Shown here: positions 25,836 through 38,751 of the stretch, one piece after another
Numbering within the stretch: position 1 is the stretch's first letter
How the letters are laid out: each line of letters starts with the position of its first letter
Origin: Bacilli bacterium
GTDB taxonomy: Bacteria; Bacillota_I; Bacilli_A; RFN20; CAG-826
NCBI GenBank assembly: GCA_024408565.1
Contig: JAKSUW010000001.1
Coordinates: 28,498-92,497 of the forward strand
Direction of reading: 5' to 3'
Length of the DNA: 64,000 nucleotides
Program-made: the position numbers and the translations under genes
The notes under the pieces: model-generated
Told to the model about the DNA's origin: nothing
Database searches by the model: none
What the model saw: the letters and a program-made list of their open reading frames with translations, nothing else

Positions 25836-28491
25836 TTCCTTGATTCATTACTTCCGCATGGGTGTCTTTAACATTCCGTGACTTACTAGGTACTTTAAGT
25901 AAGGCCGCCGCGGTATCACTCTGACTTAAGACGGAATGAGACATATATTTAAATGCGTGACCAATCTTAATAAGAATAAGTTTCGTATAGTTAAAGAAAT
26001 ATTCATCCCGTAACGCTAATAAGACAACATAATAAATCGCGGCGCCCATCCCCATTAAGATTAATAGATTCGCGAGATTATTCACATATCGCGCTTCGTC
26101 TAATAGTAAATAGTAAAGAAGCATACACGCTAAAAGCATCACGCCACCAGCGACAAGATACCGCCACACTAACTTACCAATCTCTTTAAGGGATAGATAT
26201 TCATGGAGATAGATATATTCCACAAAGAGAATGGCAAACTCAGAAATAAGGGTACCAATAATCGCCCCAACGGAACCAAAGAAGGGGATTAAGATACAGT
26301 TAAACACTAAGTTAGTGATAAAACCAATACCAACGGAAATCGCGTATTGTTTATCACGCTTAATCGGTAACATATATTGAGCACCTAAGATATTACTACA
26401 ACCCGCAATCACAATAACGGGAGCGTAAATCATTAAAAGTAACGCCACCTTATCATAGCCTTCCCCAAAGAAGAGGGGGACAAAGGAGTTAGCGACCGCC
26501 ATTGCGCCTAAGGCCATCGGAACACCAATCGCGAAAACAAACCGGAAGGAACGATAAACGTTTTGACGGATTAAATCTGGACGTTTGGAAGAATATTCAA
26601 TCGCGTTCTTGGTGCTCATTACCGTGCCAAAGGCTAAGATAATGGAAAGAATAGCCTTAATAATTCGATCGGCCTGGAAATAGTAACCATTCTCGAGGTC
26701 ACTAATATTCACAATAACCGAAATATAACCAATCTTTTGAATGGTTTGACCATGCACTAATATACCAATTAATGTTTTATCTAAAATCGCGTAGATAGAA
26801 ACGGCCGCTACGGGAATAAAGAGGGCTAAAGTTGATTTCATGTGTTTCTTAAAATCAAGATTCTTGAGTTTTACCCGGGCAAGGTTAAAAGGTAGCCCAA
26901 TCCAAGTGGATAAATAGCTCCCGAACACCATTAACGAATATAAAAGAATGTATAAATCAAGATCATAAGGGGTACGAACAAAGGCAAAGATTGAGATTAA
27001 GAAACCTACACGAATGATGAGGTTAATAATCATCACTAAGAAGAAGTTTTCTTTCCCATGGAAATAGAAATTAATATCAAAAGCGGATCCAGCAACGAGG
27101 ATTGAGAAGATTAAAACAAGCGAAGAATATTCACCAAAGACATTACAAGCATAAAGAATAAAAAGAATGCCTAAACTTAACGCGACCGGAACAAGCCGCA
27201 CAATAACAATCTGCCAAAAGACTTTACTTTGATCTTCCCGGTTCGCTTTCTTTTCCGCAATCGCTCGTTGAGCGTATTGGGTAAAGCCTAAGGAAGCGGC
27301 GATGACAAAATAACAAACGATTGTATTGGCAAACGAGAATTGACCAATATTACTAGGGCCAAGAATCCGCGCTACATAGGGAGCGGTAATTAGTGGCGTG
27401 ATTACCACTAAGATTTGGTAAATAACGTTAAAGACGAAGTTTAGATAATCATGGTTTTTATGTTGTTTCTTATCAAATGATTGGCTAATAGTTTCAGCGA
27501 TTTTTTGGTTATCGTATTTTTTTACCATCGCGGGAGTAATTGGCGCAGCAATCACTGGCGAAGTAACGGCCTTAGCCATCTCTTTTAAGCGATAAGGACT
27601 AAAGAAGATGGCTTCATCTTCATCAGCGAGTTCGCGGTTAGCAGCGATGTTAGAAAGAATTAACGGAGTGTTCGTAAACCGCGCATCAAGGACCGCGCTA
27701 GCAAAGCCCTCGTAGAAAGCTGGGTTCACTAATGCGTAAGCGTGCTTTAACTCATTCACATACGCTTCATCGGATAAGTCGTATTGAACAAGGATATGAG
27801 GATTTTTTTCTAGTTTTTTAAAGCGCCGGGCTTCGCGGAAGGTTAATACCTTCTTTTGGACCACCACGTGTAAATCATGCGGCCATTTACTTTCTTCTAA
27901 GGCCGTAATTAGGCGACGTAAGTTCCGGTGTGGAAGATCACGACCAACATAAAGTAAATAATTATCACGCTTAACAGGTTCACCGATATATTGTTGGAAG
28001 GATTTAGTAACACCCGGATGAATAACCGTAATCTCTTTTTTTGTTCCAAAATAGTTTTCAATTCGTTTCTTAGTGAATTCCGAAACGGTAAAGATTTTAC
28101 TCGCAATTCGGTAACTCCGTTTCACAATTCGGCGTTTAATCCAATCCGTATAAAAACGATGATTCCGTCTGGTATAATCGGTAAAGAGCATGTCATGGAT
28201 AATAAAATAACTATTGATTTTTATGCCCCGTGGAATCATGTAGTTAGTGGTTAAATAACAATCATAGTCATTAATCACTTTCGCGAGGTTATGGTTTAGA
28301 TAACCAAAGAAGGAGTGAGGCCGCGCTTTAGCGTGGATAATCTTACATGGTAGGTTTAATGGTTCGAGTAGATTTCGATCACCAATCACCGCGTATTCAT
28401 GATGTTGATAATCAAGGTTTTCAAGTAAGCCTAAAAGAAGGCTACCAATACTGCCCTGATTTAAACTACGCGCATCGATGATGATATGCAT
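25810..28491 (-). CDS. Fusion protein: N-terminal GT4/GT1 glycosyltransferase (~340 aa) plus a C-terminal Wzx-type polysaccharide flippase (PST family, ~12 TM).
   Basis: 893-aa single ORF. The GT fold carries …NPAFYEGFASAVLDA…. The flippase region …ILGPSNIGQFSFANT… has many TM helices. The 3' end overlaps the smpB start by 26 nt. Confidence 0.7.
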   Translation of the reverse strand: MHIIIDARSLNQGSIGSLLLGLLENLDYQHHEYAVIGDRNLLEPLNLPCKIIHAKARPHSFFGYLNHNLAKVINDYDCYLTTNYMIPRGIKINSYFIIHDMLFTDYTRRNHRFYTDWIKRRIVKRSYRIASKIFTVSEFTKKRIENYFGTKKEITVIHPGVTKSFQQYIGEPVKRDNYLLYVGRDLPHRNLRRLITALEESKWPHDLHVVVQKKVLTFREARRFKKLEKNPHILVQYDLSDEAYVNELKHAYALVNPAFYEGFASAVLDARFTNTPLILSNIAANRELADEDEAIFFSPYRLKEMAKAVTSPVIAAPITPAMVKKYDNQKIAETISQSFDKKQHKNHDYLNFVFNVIYQILVVITPLITAPYVARILGPSNIGQFSFANTIVCYFVIAASLGFTQYAQRAIAEKKANREDQSKVFWQIVIVRLVPVALSLGILFILYACNVFGEYSSLVLIFSILVAGSAFDINFYFHGKENFFLVMIINLIIRVGFLISIFAFVRTPYDLDLYILLYSLMVFGSYLSTWIGLPFNLARVKLKNLDFKKHMKSTLALFIPVAAVSIYAILDKTLIGILVHGQTIQKIGYISVIVNISDLENGYYFQADRIIKAILSIILAFGTVMSTKNAIEYSSKRPDLIRQNVYRSFRFVFAIGVPMALGAMAVANSFVPLFFGEGYDKVALLLMIYAPVIVIAGCSNILGAQYMLPIKRDKQYAISVGIGFITNLVFNCILIPFFGSVGAIIGTLISEFAILFVEYIYLHEYLSLKEIGKLVWRYLVAGGVMLLACMLLYYLLLDEARYVNNLANLLILMGMGAAIYYVVLLALRDEYFFNYTKLILIKIGHAFKYMSHSVLSQSDTAAALLKVPSKSRNVKDTHAEVMNQGNEDGKEKE

Positions 28492-28538
28492 ACTACGGTT
28501 ATAATTCTACAAGAATTAAACAAGATAGTATATAAAAC

Positions 28539-29174
28539 TTATTTTGCGTCTTTACCCGATAAAACAACCACAATCGTTTTAAAGAAAATTTTGATATCAA
28601 GAGCGAGGGAACGGTGATAGACATAATAGATTTCCATCTTCACACGGTCTTCATAACGAACATTACTCCGACCATGGGCGCCCCAATAACCAGTTAAACC
28701 GGGTTTAACATAAAACAAATCTTCGTGACCCTGCCAAAGGAGTTGATACTCTTTTTCTTTAATCGGCCGTGGACCAATTAATGACATTTGACCAAAGAGA
28801 ATATTAAATAGTTGAGGTAATTCATCTAACGATGTTTTCCGTAACACTTTCCCCACTTTCGTAATCCGTGGATCGTTATCTAATTTATATTCTTTAAGGT
28901 ATTCCTTATAATCTTCGGGCGATAAAATTTCTTCAATTGGTCGGTCATCTTTTTTCATCGAACGAAATTTAATCACTTTAAATGGTTTATGGTTCTTACC
29001 TAACCGGGTGTCTAGATAAAATGGACCGCCCGGTGAAGTTAATACAATCACTAGGGAAAGAATGATAAGAAGTGGCGATAAAATTAATAACGAAATAAGT
29101 GCCACAAAAATATCAAACAAGCGTTTAATAAATTGATATATCAATTTTCTTTTAAAATTATTGGGCGTATCCAT
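28539..29174 (-). CDS. Small monotopic phosphoglycosyl transferase (PglC/WbaP C-terminal domain family, bacterial sugar transferase).
   Basis: One N-terminal TM helix, then …FKVIKFRSM… and DELPQLFNILFGQMSLIGPRP. Confidence 0.8.
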   Translation of the reverse strand: MDTPNNFKRKLIYQFIKRLFDIFVALISLLILSPLLIILSLVIVLTSPGGPFYLDTRLGKNHKPFKVIKFRSMKKDDRPIEEILSPEDYKEYLKEYKLDNDPRITKVGKVLRKTSLDELPQLFNILFGQMSLIGPRPIKEKEYQLLWQGHEDLFYVKPGLTGYWGAHGRSNVRYEDRVKMEIYYVYHRSLALDIKIFFKTIVVVLSGKDAK

Positions 29175-30174
29175 TGGGATTTAATTTTTGCCAATGATAG
29201 GCATCCTTACACATATCTTCGATGGTATAAAGCGCGGACCAACCAAGTTCTTTTTTCGCTAATTTAACATCCGCGTAATTTTCTGCGACATCACCCGCAC
29301 GACGGGGGCCAAATTGGTAATTAACTTTGACATTATTCACCCGGGCAAAGGTCGTCACTAATTCTAAAACGCTAGTGCCTTTTCCAGTCCCAAGATTATA
29401 AATTTTTAAACCCCATTTTTCTTTAATCGCTTTTAAGGCAGCGACATGCCCCAACGCTAAATCAACCACGTGAATATAATCACGCACACCAGTGCCGTCT
29501 TTTGTTGGATAATCCTTACCAAAGATGGTGAGTTCTTTCCGTCGCCCAACCGCGGTTTGGGTGATATAAGGCATTAAATTATTGGGTGTTCCCCATGGAT
29601 CTTCACCCATGAGTCCACTTTGGTGCGCACCCACTGGATTAAAGTAACGAAGTAAAACAATATTCATACTAGGATCTTGCTTAGCTTCCGCCATCAAAAG
29701 CTTTTCAATTTCAATTTTTGTTTGGCCGTATGGATTAGTGGCTTGACCAATTGGATCAGTTTCTAGTAAAGGGACGTGTTTTGGTGTTCCATAGACAGTG
29801 GCGCTACTAGAAAAGATAATGTTTTTTACTTGGTACTTTTTCATCACCTTAATTAAGGTCTTACTCGAACCCACGTTATTATCAAAATAGAGCTTTGGTT
29901 TTTCGACTGACTCACCCACCGCTTTTAAACCCGCAAAGTGGATTACGGCGTCAAATTTTTCTGACGCAAAACAAGCATCAAGCTTCGCTTCATCCCGGAC
30001 ATCAAACTCATAGAAGGCTGGTTTAACACCGGTAATTTTTTGAATGCGGTTAAGCACTTCTTTATTGGAATTAACCAGGTTATCAATAATCACTGGGGTG
30101 TGCCCCGTTTTAATTAATTCGACGCAAGTATGGGAACCAATATAACCCATCCCACCTGTCACACAAATCTTCAT
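29158..30174 (-). CDS. galE: UDP-glucose 4-epimerase.
   Basis: GGMGYIGSH Rossmann motif, YxxxK and GalE-like overall. 338 aa. Confidence 0.85.
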   Translation of the reverse strand: MKICVTGGMGYIGSHTCVELIKTGHTPVIIDNLVNSNKEVLNRIQKITGVKPAFYEFDVRDEAKLDACFASEKFDAVIHFAGLKAVGESVEKPKLYFDNNVGSSKTLIKVMKKYQVKNIIFSSSATVYGTPKHVPLLETDPIGQATNPYGQTKIEIEKLLMAEAKQDPSMNIVLLRYFNPVGAHQSGLMGEDPWGTPNNLMPYITQTAVGRRKELTIFGKDYPTKDGTGVRDYIHVVDLALGHVAALKAIKEKWGLKIYNLGTGKGTSVLELVTTFARVNNVKVNYQFGPRRAGDVAENYADVKLAKKELGWSALYTIEDMCKDAYHWQKLNPNGYAQ

Positions 30175-31598
30175 TATTTCTTCCTCCGATTTAATTCTTC
30201 AATCATAATTTTACTCGTTAATGCAGGATTAACTTTTCCGCCACTCTTTTTCATTACTTGACCAATTAAAAAGCCAAGCGCGCGGTCTTTACCATGATGA
30301 TAATCGCTAATTGATTGAGCGTTATTATCTAATACTTCAATGACTAACTGACGAATCGTTATATCACTACTATCTTGGTTAACAATACCAAGTTTTTCTT
30401 TGGCGTTCTTCACATCAAGATGCTCTTTTAACATACAGGCGAACACTTCACGGCCCTGTTTATTAGAGATATGACCTAACTCAATCTCGTTAATGAGTTC
30501 AACTAGTTGATTAGGCGTAATGGTTAACTCTTTAATACTTAAACCCGCTTTATTTAAATAGGCAGTAATGTCCACCATTAACCAGTTAGCAATCGCCTTA
30601 TAATGTTTCGATAATTTTGCGCAATCATCAAAATAAGAAGTGATATCTAAACTCGCTAAAAGGATATTCGTATCATATTCACTTAAACCAAATTGTTTTT
30701 GGTAACGTTCCCGTTTTTCACTCGCTAATTCGTGACTAGTTTTAATCGCGTCATTAATAAACTCGTCACTTAATTTAATGGGGATCAAATTATCTTCGGT
30801 AAAGTATTTATAATCAACCGAATCCGTCTTCACCCGCATCGCTTTAGTGGCTTTATGTTCTTCATCATAGCGGCGAGTTTCTTGGATAATTTTTTCACCA
30901 CTTTCAATCGCCTTAATTTGTCGAGCAATCTCGTAATCAAGCGCAATCTTGATGTGGTTAAAGGAGTTAATGTTTTTGACTTCGACTTTTGTTCCTAAGG
31001 TTTTACTATCCGCGCGTTTCACTGAGACGTTAACGTCACAACGTAATTGTCCTTCTTCCATCTTGCCATCACTCACGCCTAAGAAGAGCACAATCTCACG
31101 GATTGTTTCCACATATTTAGCGGCGACTTCGGCACTATGAATACATGGTTTCGTAACAATTTCCATTAATGGAATACCTGCCCGGTTATAGTCCACTAAA
31201 GTGAACTTCGGGAAGTGCAATTGTTTCGCTGTATCTTCTTCTAGATGTAGCCGTTCAATTAAAACTTTTTCTTTGCCAATCATTAAATAACCATCATGAC
31301 CAAGTGGGCGTTTATCTTGGGTGATTTGATAACCTTTTGGTAAGTCACTATAAAAATAATTCTTGCGGTCAAAATGAAGTTCATGATCAATTTCCATATG
31401 TAAAGCGTGAGCGACTTGAATCGCGTTAATCACCGCTTGTTTATTAGGGATTGGCATCGTGCCCGGGAAGGCTAAATCATACGCACTCGTTAAGGTATTA
31501 GGTTCTTGCATAAAGCCAACCGGCGAAGAAGAGAACATCTTCGACTTCGTCTTCATTTCAACGTGGATTTCTAGCCCAATAGTGACATCGTAATTCAT
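30174..31598 (-). CDS. gatB: Asp/Glu-tRNA amidotransferase subunit B.
   Basis: MNYDVTIGLEIHVE… and a GatB/YqeY C-terminal domain. 474 aa. Confidence 0.95.
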   Translation of the reverse strand: MNYDVTIGLEIHVEMKTKSKMFSSSPVGFMQEPNTLTSAYDLAFPGTMPIPNKQAVINAIQVAHALHMEIDHELHFDRKNYFYSDLPKGYQITQDKRPLGHDGYLMIGKEKVLIERLHLEEDTAKQLHFPKFTLVDYNRAGIPLMEIVTKPCIHSAEVAAKYVETIREIVLFLGVSDGKMEEGQLRCDVNVSVKRADSKTLGTKVEVKNINSFNHIKIALDYEIARQIKAIESGEKIIQETRRYDEEHKATKAMRVKTDSVDYKYFTEDNLIPIKLSDEFINDAIKTSHELASEKRERYQKQFGLSEYDTNILLASLDITSYFDDCAKLSKHYKAIANWLMVDITAYLNKAGLSIKELTITPNQLVELINEIELGHISNKQGREVFACMLKEHLDVKNAKEKLGIVNQDSSDITIRQLVIEVLDNNAQSISDYHHGKDRALGFLIGQVMKKSGGKVNPALTSKIMIEELNRRKK

Positions 31599-33052
31599 TT
31601 TTTATTCCTCGCGCTGAGATTAAAATAACCTAATTTATCTTCGAGAGCTTTAGCGATATTAAAAAGTTTAGCTTCCATAAAGGGCTTCGCGGTTAAGTTA
31701 AACCCAAAGGGCATATTATCTTTAAAACCAACTGGAAGGGTTAAGGAAGGATAACCACCAAAGTTACCAATACACATATAGTTATCGGCAATTAAATATT
31801 CATCCTGTAATTGGTTAGTGACGCTATCAAAACGTGGTGCAATTGAAGGCGAAGCAGGCGCATAAATCACATCATAATCTTTGAAGATCTTATTTATCTC
31901 ATCGACAATCTTATGACGGTTCTTCGCGGCCCGTAAAAAGAGCTCGTTTTGGTTTTCTTTCATTAAAGCAAAACTACCTAAGACAAACCGGCGTTTAATT
32001 CTTTCTGAGAAACCAGCGGTCCGCGCTTTCTTCATTACTTCAATATAATTATCCGCATCGTAATAAGGACCAAATTTAATGCCATCAAGATTCGCGTTAT
32101 TACTTGTCGCTTCCGCGCAAGAAATAATGTAATAGGTTGGGAAAAGGGTCATAAGTAAATGTTTATCCAGATGGACATAATCTACTTTCGCGCCAAGGCT
32201 TTGATAAATCTTAATCGTTTCGTTAAAGCGTTTAATAATATCTTGATCAGTAAACGAATCAATAATCTCTTGGATAACAGCAATTTTCACTCCCTTTAAC
32301 GGGTTATTTAGCTCTTTCGTATAATCGTCAACTTGAACAAGGCTTGAAGTATAATCCGCTTCATCATGACCCGCTAAAACGTTTAATAAAATCGCTGCGT
32401 CTTCCACGCTCCGGGTAAAGAAACCTAAAGCGTCTAAACTGGGGACAAAGGGGAATAAACCGAAACGGGAAATCCGGCCCCAGGTGGGTTTAAAACCAAC
32501 TAGTCCCGCAAAACTAGCGGGTTTACGAATGGAGTCACCGGTGTCACTTCCTAACGCAAAGGGAACAATACTAGAACTAACCACGCTTGCTGAACCACAA
32601 GAAGAACCCGCAATCATCCTAGTATGTGATGGATCATAGGGGTTATAAGTTTTGCCTAAATGACCAGTCGTACCAGAGCCACCCATCGCTAATGAATCAA
32701 GGGTGGTTTTCGCAATCATGACCGCTTTCTTCGCTTTTAATTTACTGATAGCGGTCGCATCAAAAATTGGGACATAACCATTTAAGATATCGGCACTTGC
32801 GGTAGTAGGAATATCTTTCGTTGAAATATTATCTTTAACTGCGAAAGGGATTCCCCATAAAGGATTATCTTTTTCAGGTGTAGTAAGAGTTTTAGCAAAT
32901 GCTAAAGCTTCTTGTTCACAAAGATATTCAATCGCGTTATTCTTGTCTTCCTTGATGCGTTTAATCGCTTCGCTAGTTAATTCAAGTGGCGTTACTTGTT
33001 TCTTTACTAACGCTTCATGCATCGCGGTGATGGTTAAATCTAAATAGTTCAT
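31595..33052 (-). CDS. gatA: Glutamyl-tRNA(Gln) amidotransferase subunit A.
   Basis: Amidase signature GGSSGGSA-like (…IAGSSCGSASVV…). 485 aa. Confidence 0.95.
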   Translation of the reverse strand: MNYLDLTITAMHEALVKKQVTPLELTSEAIKRIKEDKNNAIEYLCEQEALAFAKTLTTPEKDNPLWGIPFAVKDNISTKDIPTTASADILNGYVPIFDATAISKLKAKKAVMIAKTTLDSLAMGGSGTTGHLGKTYNPYDPSHTRMIAGSSCGSASVVSSSIVPFALGSDTGDSIRKPASFAGLVGFKPTWGRISRFGLFPFVPSLDALGFFTRSVEDAAILLNVLAGHDEADYTSSLVQVDDYTKELNNPLKGVKIAVIQEIIDSFTDQDIIKRFNETIKIYQSLGAKVDYVHLDKHLLMTLFPTYYIISCAEATSNNANLDGIKFGPYYDADNYIEVMKKARTAGFSERIKRRFVLGSFALMKENQNELFLRAAKNRHKIVDEINKIFKDYDVIYAPASPSIAPRFDSVTNQLQDEYLIADNYMCIGNFGGYPSLTLPVGFKDNMPFGFNLTAKPFMEAKLFNIAKALEDKLGYFNLSARNKK

Positions 33053-33345
33053 GAGACCACCTTAGGGAGTTTAATTTGTCCCGCCATTTTATTTTTTGCG
33101 TTCTTTAAAATCGTTTCACGACTTTCGGGTTTACAAGGAATGTCTTCACGAAGAGAATCAGTCGCAACCGGGAACGGATAAATCATTGGTGAATAATTAT
33201 CAACGCTTTTATCTTCCGCGATTAACGCCATTTGTTTACTGACCGTTTTAAATTCTTCAAGCAGGGTTTTATATTCCGCTTCCGACATATCAAAAAGAAG
33301 ACGATTCGCCGCTTCTTTAAGACTCGCTAACGTTACTTCTTTCAT
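33049..33345 (-). CDS. gatC: Glu-tRNA(Gln) amidotransferase subunit C.
   Basis: 98 aa. Position and size in the gatCAB operon. Confidence 0.8.
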   Translation of the reverse strand: MKEVTLASLKEAANRLLFDMSEAEYKTLLEEFKTVSKQMALIAEDKSVDNYSPMIYPFPVATDSLREDIPCKPESRETILKNAKNKMAGQIKLPKVVS

Positions 33346-33361
33346 CGCAAATATTATATGC

Positions 33362-37605
<4,244 letters not shown>

Positions 37606-37614
37606 TAAGTAATA

Positions 37615-38073
37615 TTATACAATATTACTTCCGTCTTCGCTTTTAATTATTTCCAGGACCGTTTGGCCCCCCGCTCCGTTATTTAAAATGACCCCATTTT
37701 TGACTTCTAAAATCGATGGCGTGCCAATAATAAACACATCCATAATATCGGTTTTTCCTAATGTCTCTTCTACGTCACCATCTGGATAAACAACATAGCC
37801 TTCTGCACAAAAATAAATGGTCTTGTTGCCATGTAAGGCATACTCAATCACTTCGTTTTTAATTTTGTGGCATGAACGACAATGAACACCATAGCAATAT
37901 AGGTAATAGTGATCTTCTGGCTGGCTAAATAATGTCTCCCATTTTCGCTCAAGATGTTCGACCTCGCTATAATCGTGAACCGGAATCACCGGATCACTAC
38001 CTCCACCTCCACTATTAGCACACGCAACTAATGTTAGAGGGGTTAATAAAGTTAAAAATATTTTTCGCATCAT
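37615..38073 (-). CDS. Thioredoxin-fold lipoprotein with an unusual CRSC active-site motif.
   Basis: Lipobox LTLVACANSGGGG. …HYYLYCYGVHCRSCHKIK… (strand-CxxC-helix) and …GTPSILEVKNGVI… (cis-Pro-like region) follow the thioredoxin pattern. Confidence 0.45.
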   Translation of the reverse strand: MMRKIFLTLLTPLTLVACANSGGGGSDPVIPVHDYSEVEHLERKWETLFSQPEDHYYLYCYGVHCRSCHKIKNEVIEYALHGNKTIYFCAEGYVVYPDGDVEETLGKTDIMDVFIIGTPSILEVKNGVILNNGAGGQTVLEIIKSEDGSNIV

Positions 38074-38095
38074 TTGTCCTCCTATAAGAACATAC

Positions 38096-38150
38096 GGAAA
38101 AAACGATTAAATGACGCGAATATTTACTTATATTTATTTATAAATATAAT
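38096..38150 (+). promoter_or_regulatory. Copy A of the conserved ~45-bp box (AAAAACGATTAAATGACGCGAATATTTACTTATATTTAT), about 40 nt upstream (gene sense) of the thioredoxin-like lipoprotein gene.
   Basis: About 85-90% identical to copy B at 38672-38725. The GACGCG core is at 38112-38117. Confidence 0.5.
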
Positions 38151-38155
38151 TTTTA

Positions 38156-38644
38156 TTACTTAGCGCTCGCACTAGGGAGGTCTTTAAGACTATTGGCTTT
38201 AACAATATAATCAAGGCGATTTTCTAATTTATCAATTCGGGCGTTAACTTGTTTAAAACCTTTATCAACTGTTTCTGCTAAAACCATAACAGTAGTGGTT
38301 AATTGATCCACGCGCTTACTTAGTTTATCCACTGTACAACTAATTTGATCAACCCGCTTACCGAGCTTATCAACTGTATAACCAATTTGATCAACCCGCT
38401 TACCGAGCTTATCAACTGTATAACCAATTTGATCAACACGCTTGCCTAAGTTATCGACAGTATTGCTTAGTTGATCAACCTTCTCACCTACTTGATTGAG
38501 TGTATATTTTTTCTTTCGTTTCGGATTTTTAGGTTTCACTAGTTTGTCTCCTTTTTCATCATACACCGGAATTTTGTATAGATGGGATAAATTATCGGGA
38601 ATTTTTCTTATTTCTCCGACGGTCATCAATTTTTTCTTTTCCAT
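38156..38644 (-). CDS. Repeat-containing coiled-coil protein (DUF16-like C-terminus), paralog of the 16942 gene.
   Basis: 162 aa. Internal 14-aa tandem repeats (VDKLGKRVDQIGYT ×3 plus degenerate copies). The C-terminus GFKQVNARIDKLENRLDY is shared with the 100-aa paralog. Confidence 0.6.
   Translation of the reverse strand: MEKKKLMTVGEIRKIPDNLSHLYKIPVYDEKGDKLVKPKNPKRKKKYTLNQVGEKVDQLSNTVDNLGKRVDQIGYTVDKLGKRVDQIGYTVDKLGKRVDQISCTVDKLSKRVDQLTTTVMVLAETVDKGFKQVNARIDKLENRLDYIVKANSLKDLPSASAK
38263..38505. repeat. About six tandem 42-bp repeats inside the coding sequence. Units 38347-38388 and 38389-38430 are identical.
   Basis: GATCAACCCGCTTACCGAGCTTATCAACTGTATAACCAATTT ×2 perfect copies, flanked by diverged 42-bp copies. 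In frame (14 aa per unit). Confidence 0.85.
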
Positions 38645-38671
38645 ATCAATACCTCTTATTTATAAATGTGC

Positions 38672-38725
38672 TAAAAACGCATTAATTGACGCGAATATCT
38701 TTTTATATTTATAGAATAAATATAG
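38672..38725 (+). promoter_or_regulatory. Copy B of the conserved box (AAAAACGCATTAATTGACGCGAATATCTTTTTATATTTAT) in the divergent region between the repeat-protein gene and the membrane-protein operon.
   Basis: The GACGCG core is at 38688-38693, about 45 nt upstream (gene sense) of the ATG at 38644. TTGACG…TATATT also reads as a plus-strand promoter toward 38752. Confidence 0.5.
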
Positions 38726-38751
38726 ATTTTAGGGCTATAATAACAATAACG

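Noticed and set aside
38263-38505. Considered whether the 42-bp direct repeats are a CRISPR array.
   Set aside because: The repeats are contiguous with no spacers, lie in frame inside a coding sequence and encode a 14-aa peptide repeat. No cas genes. Not CRISPR.
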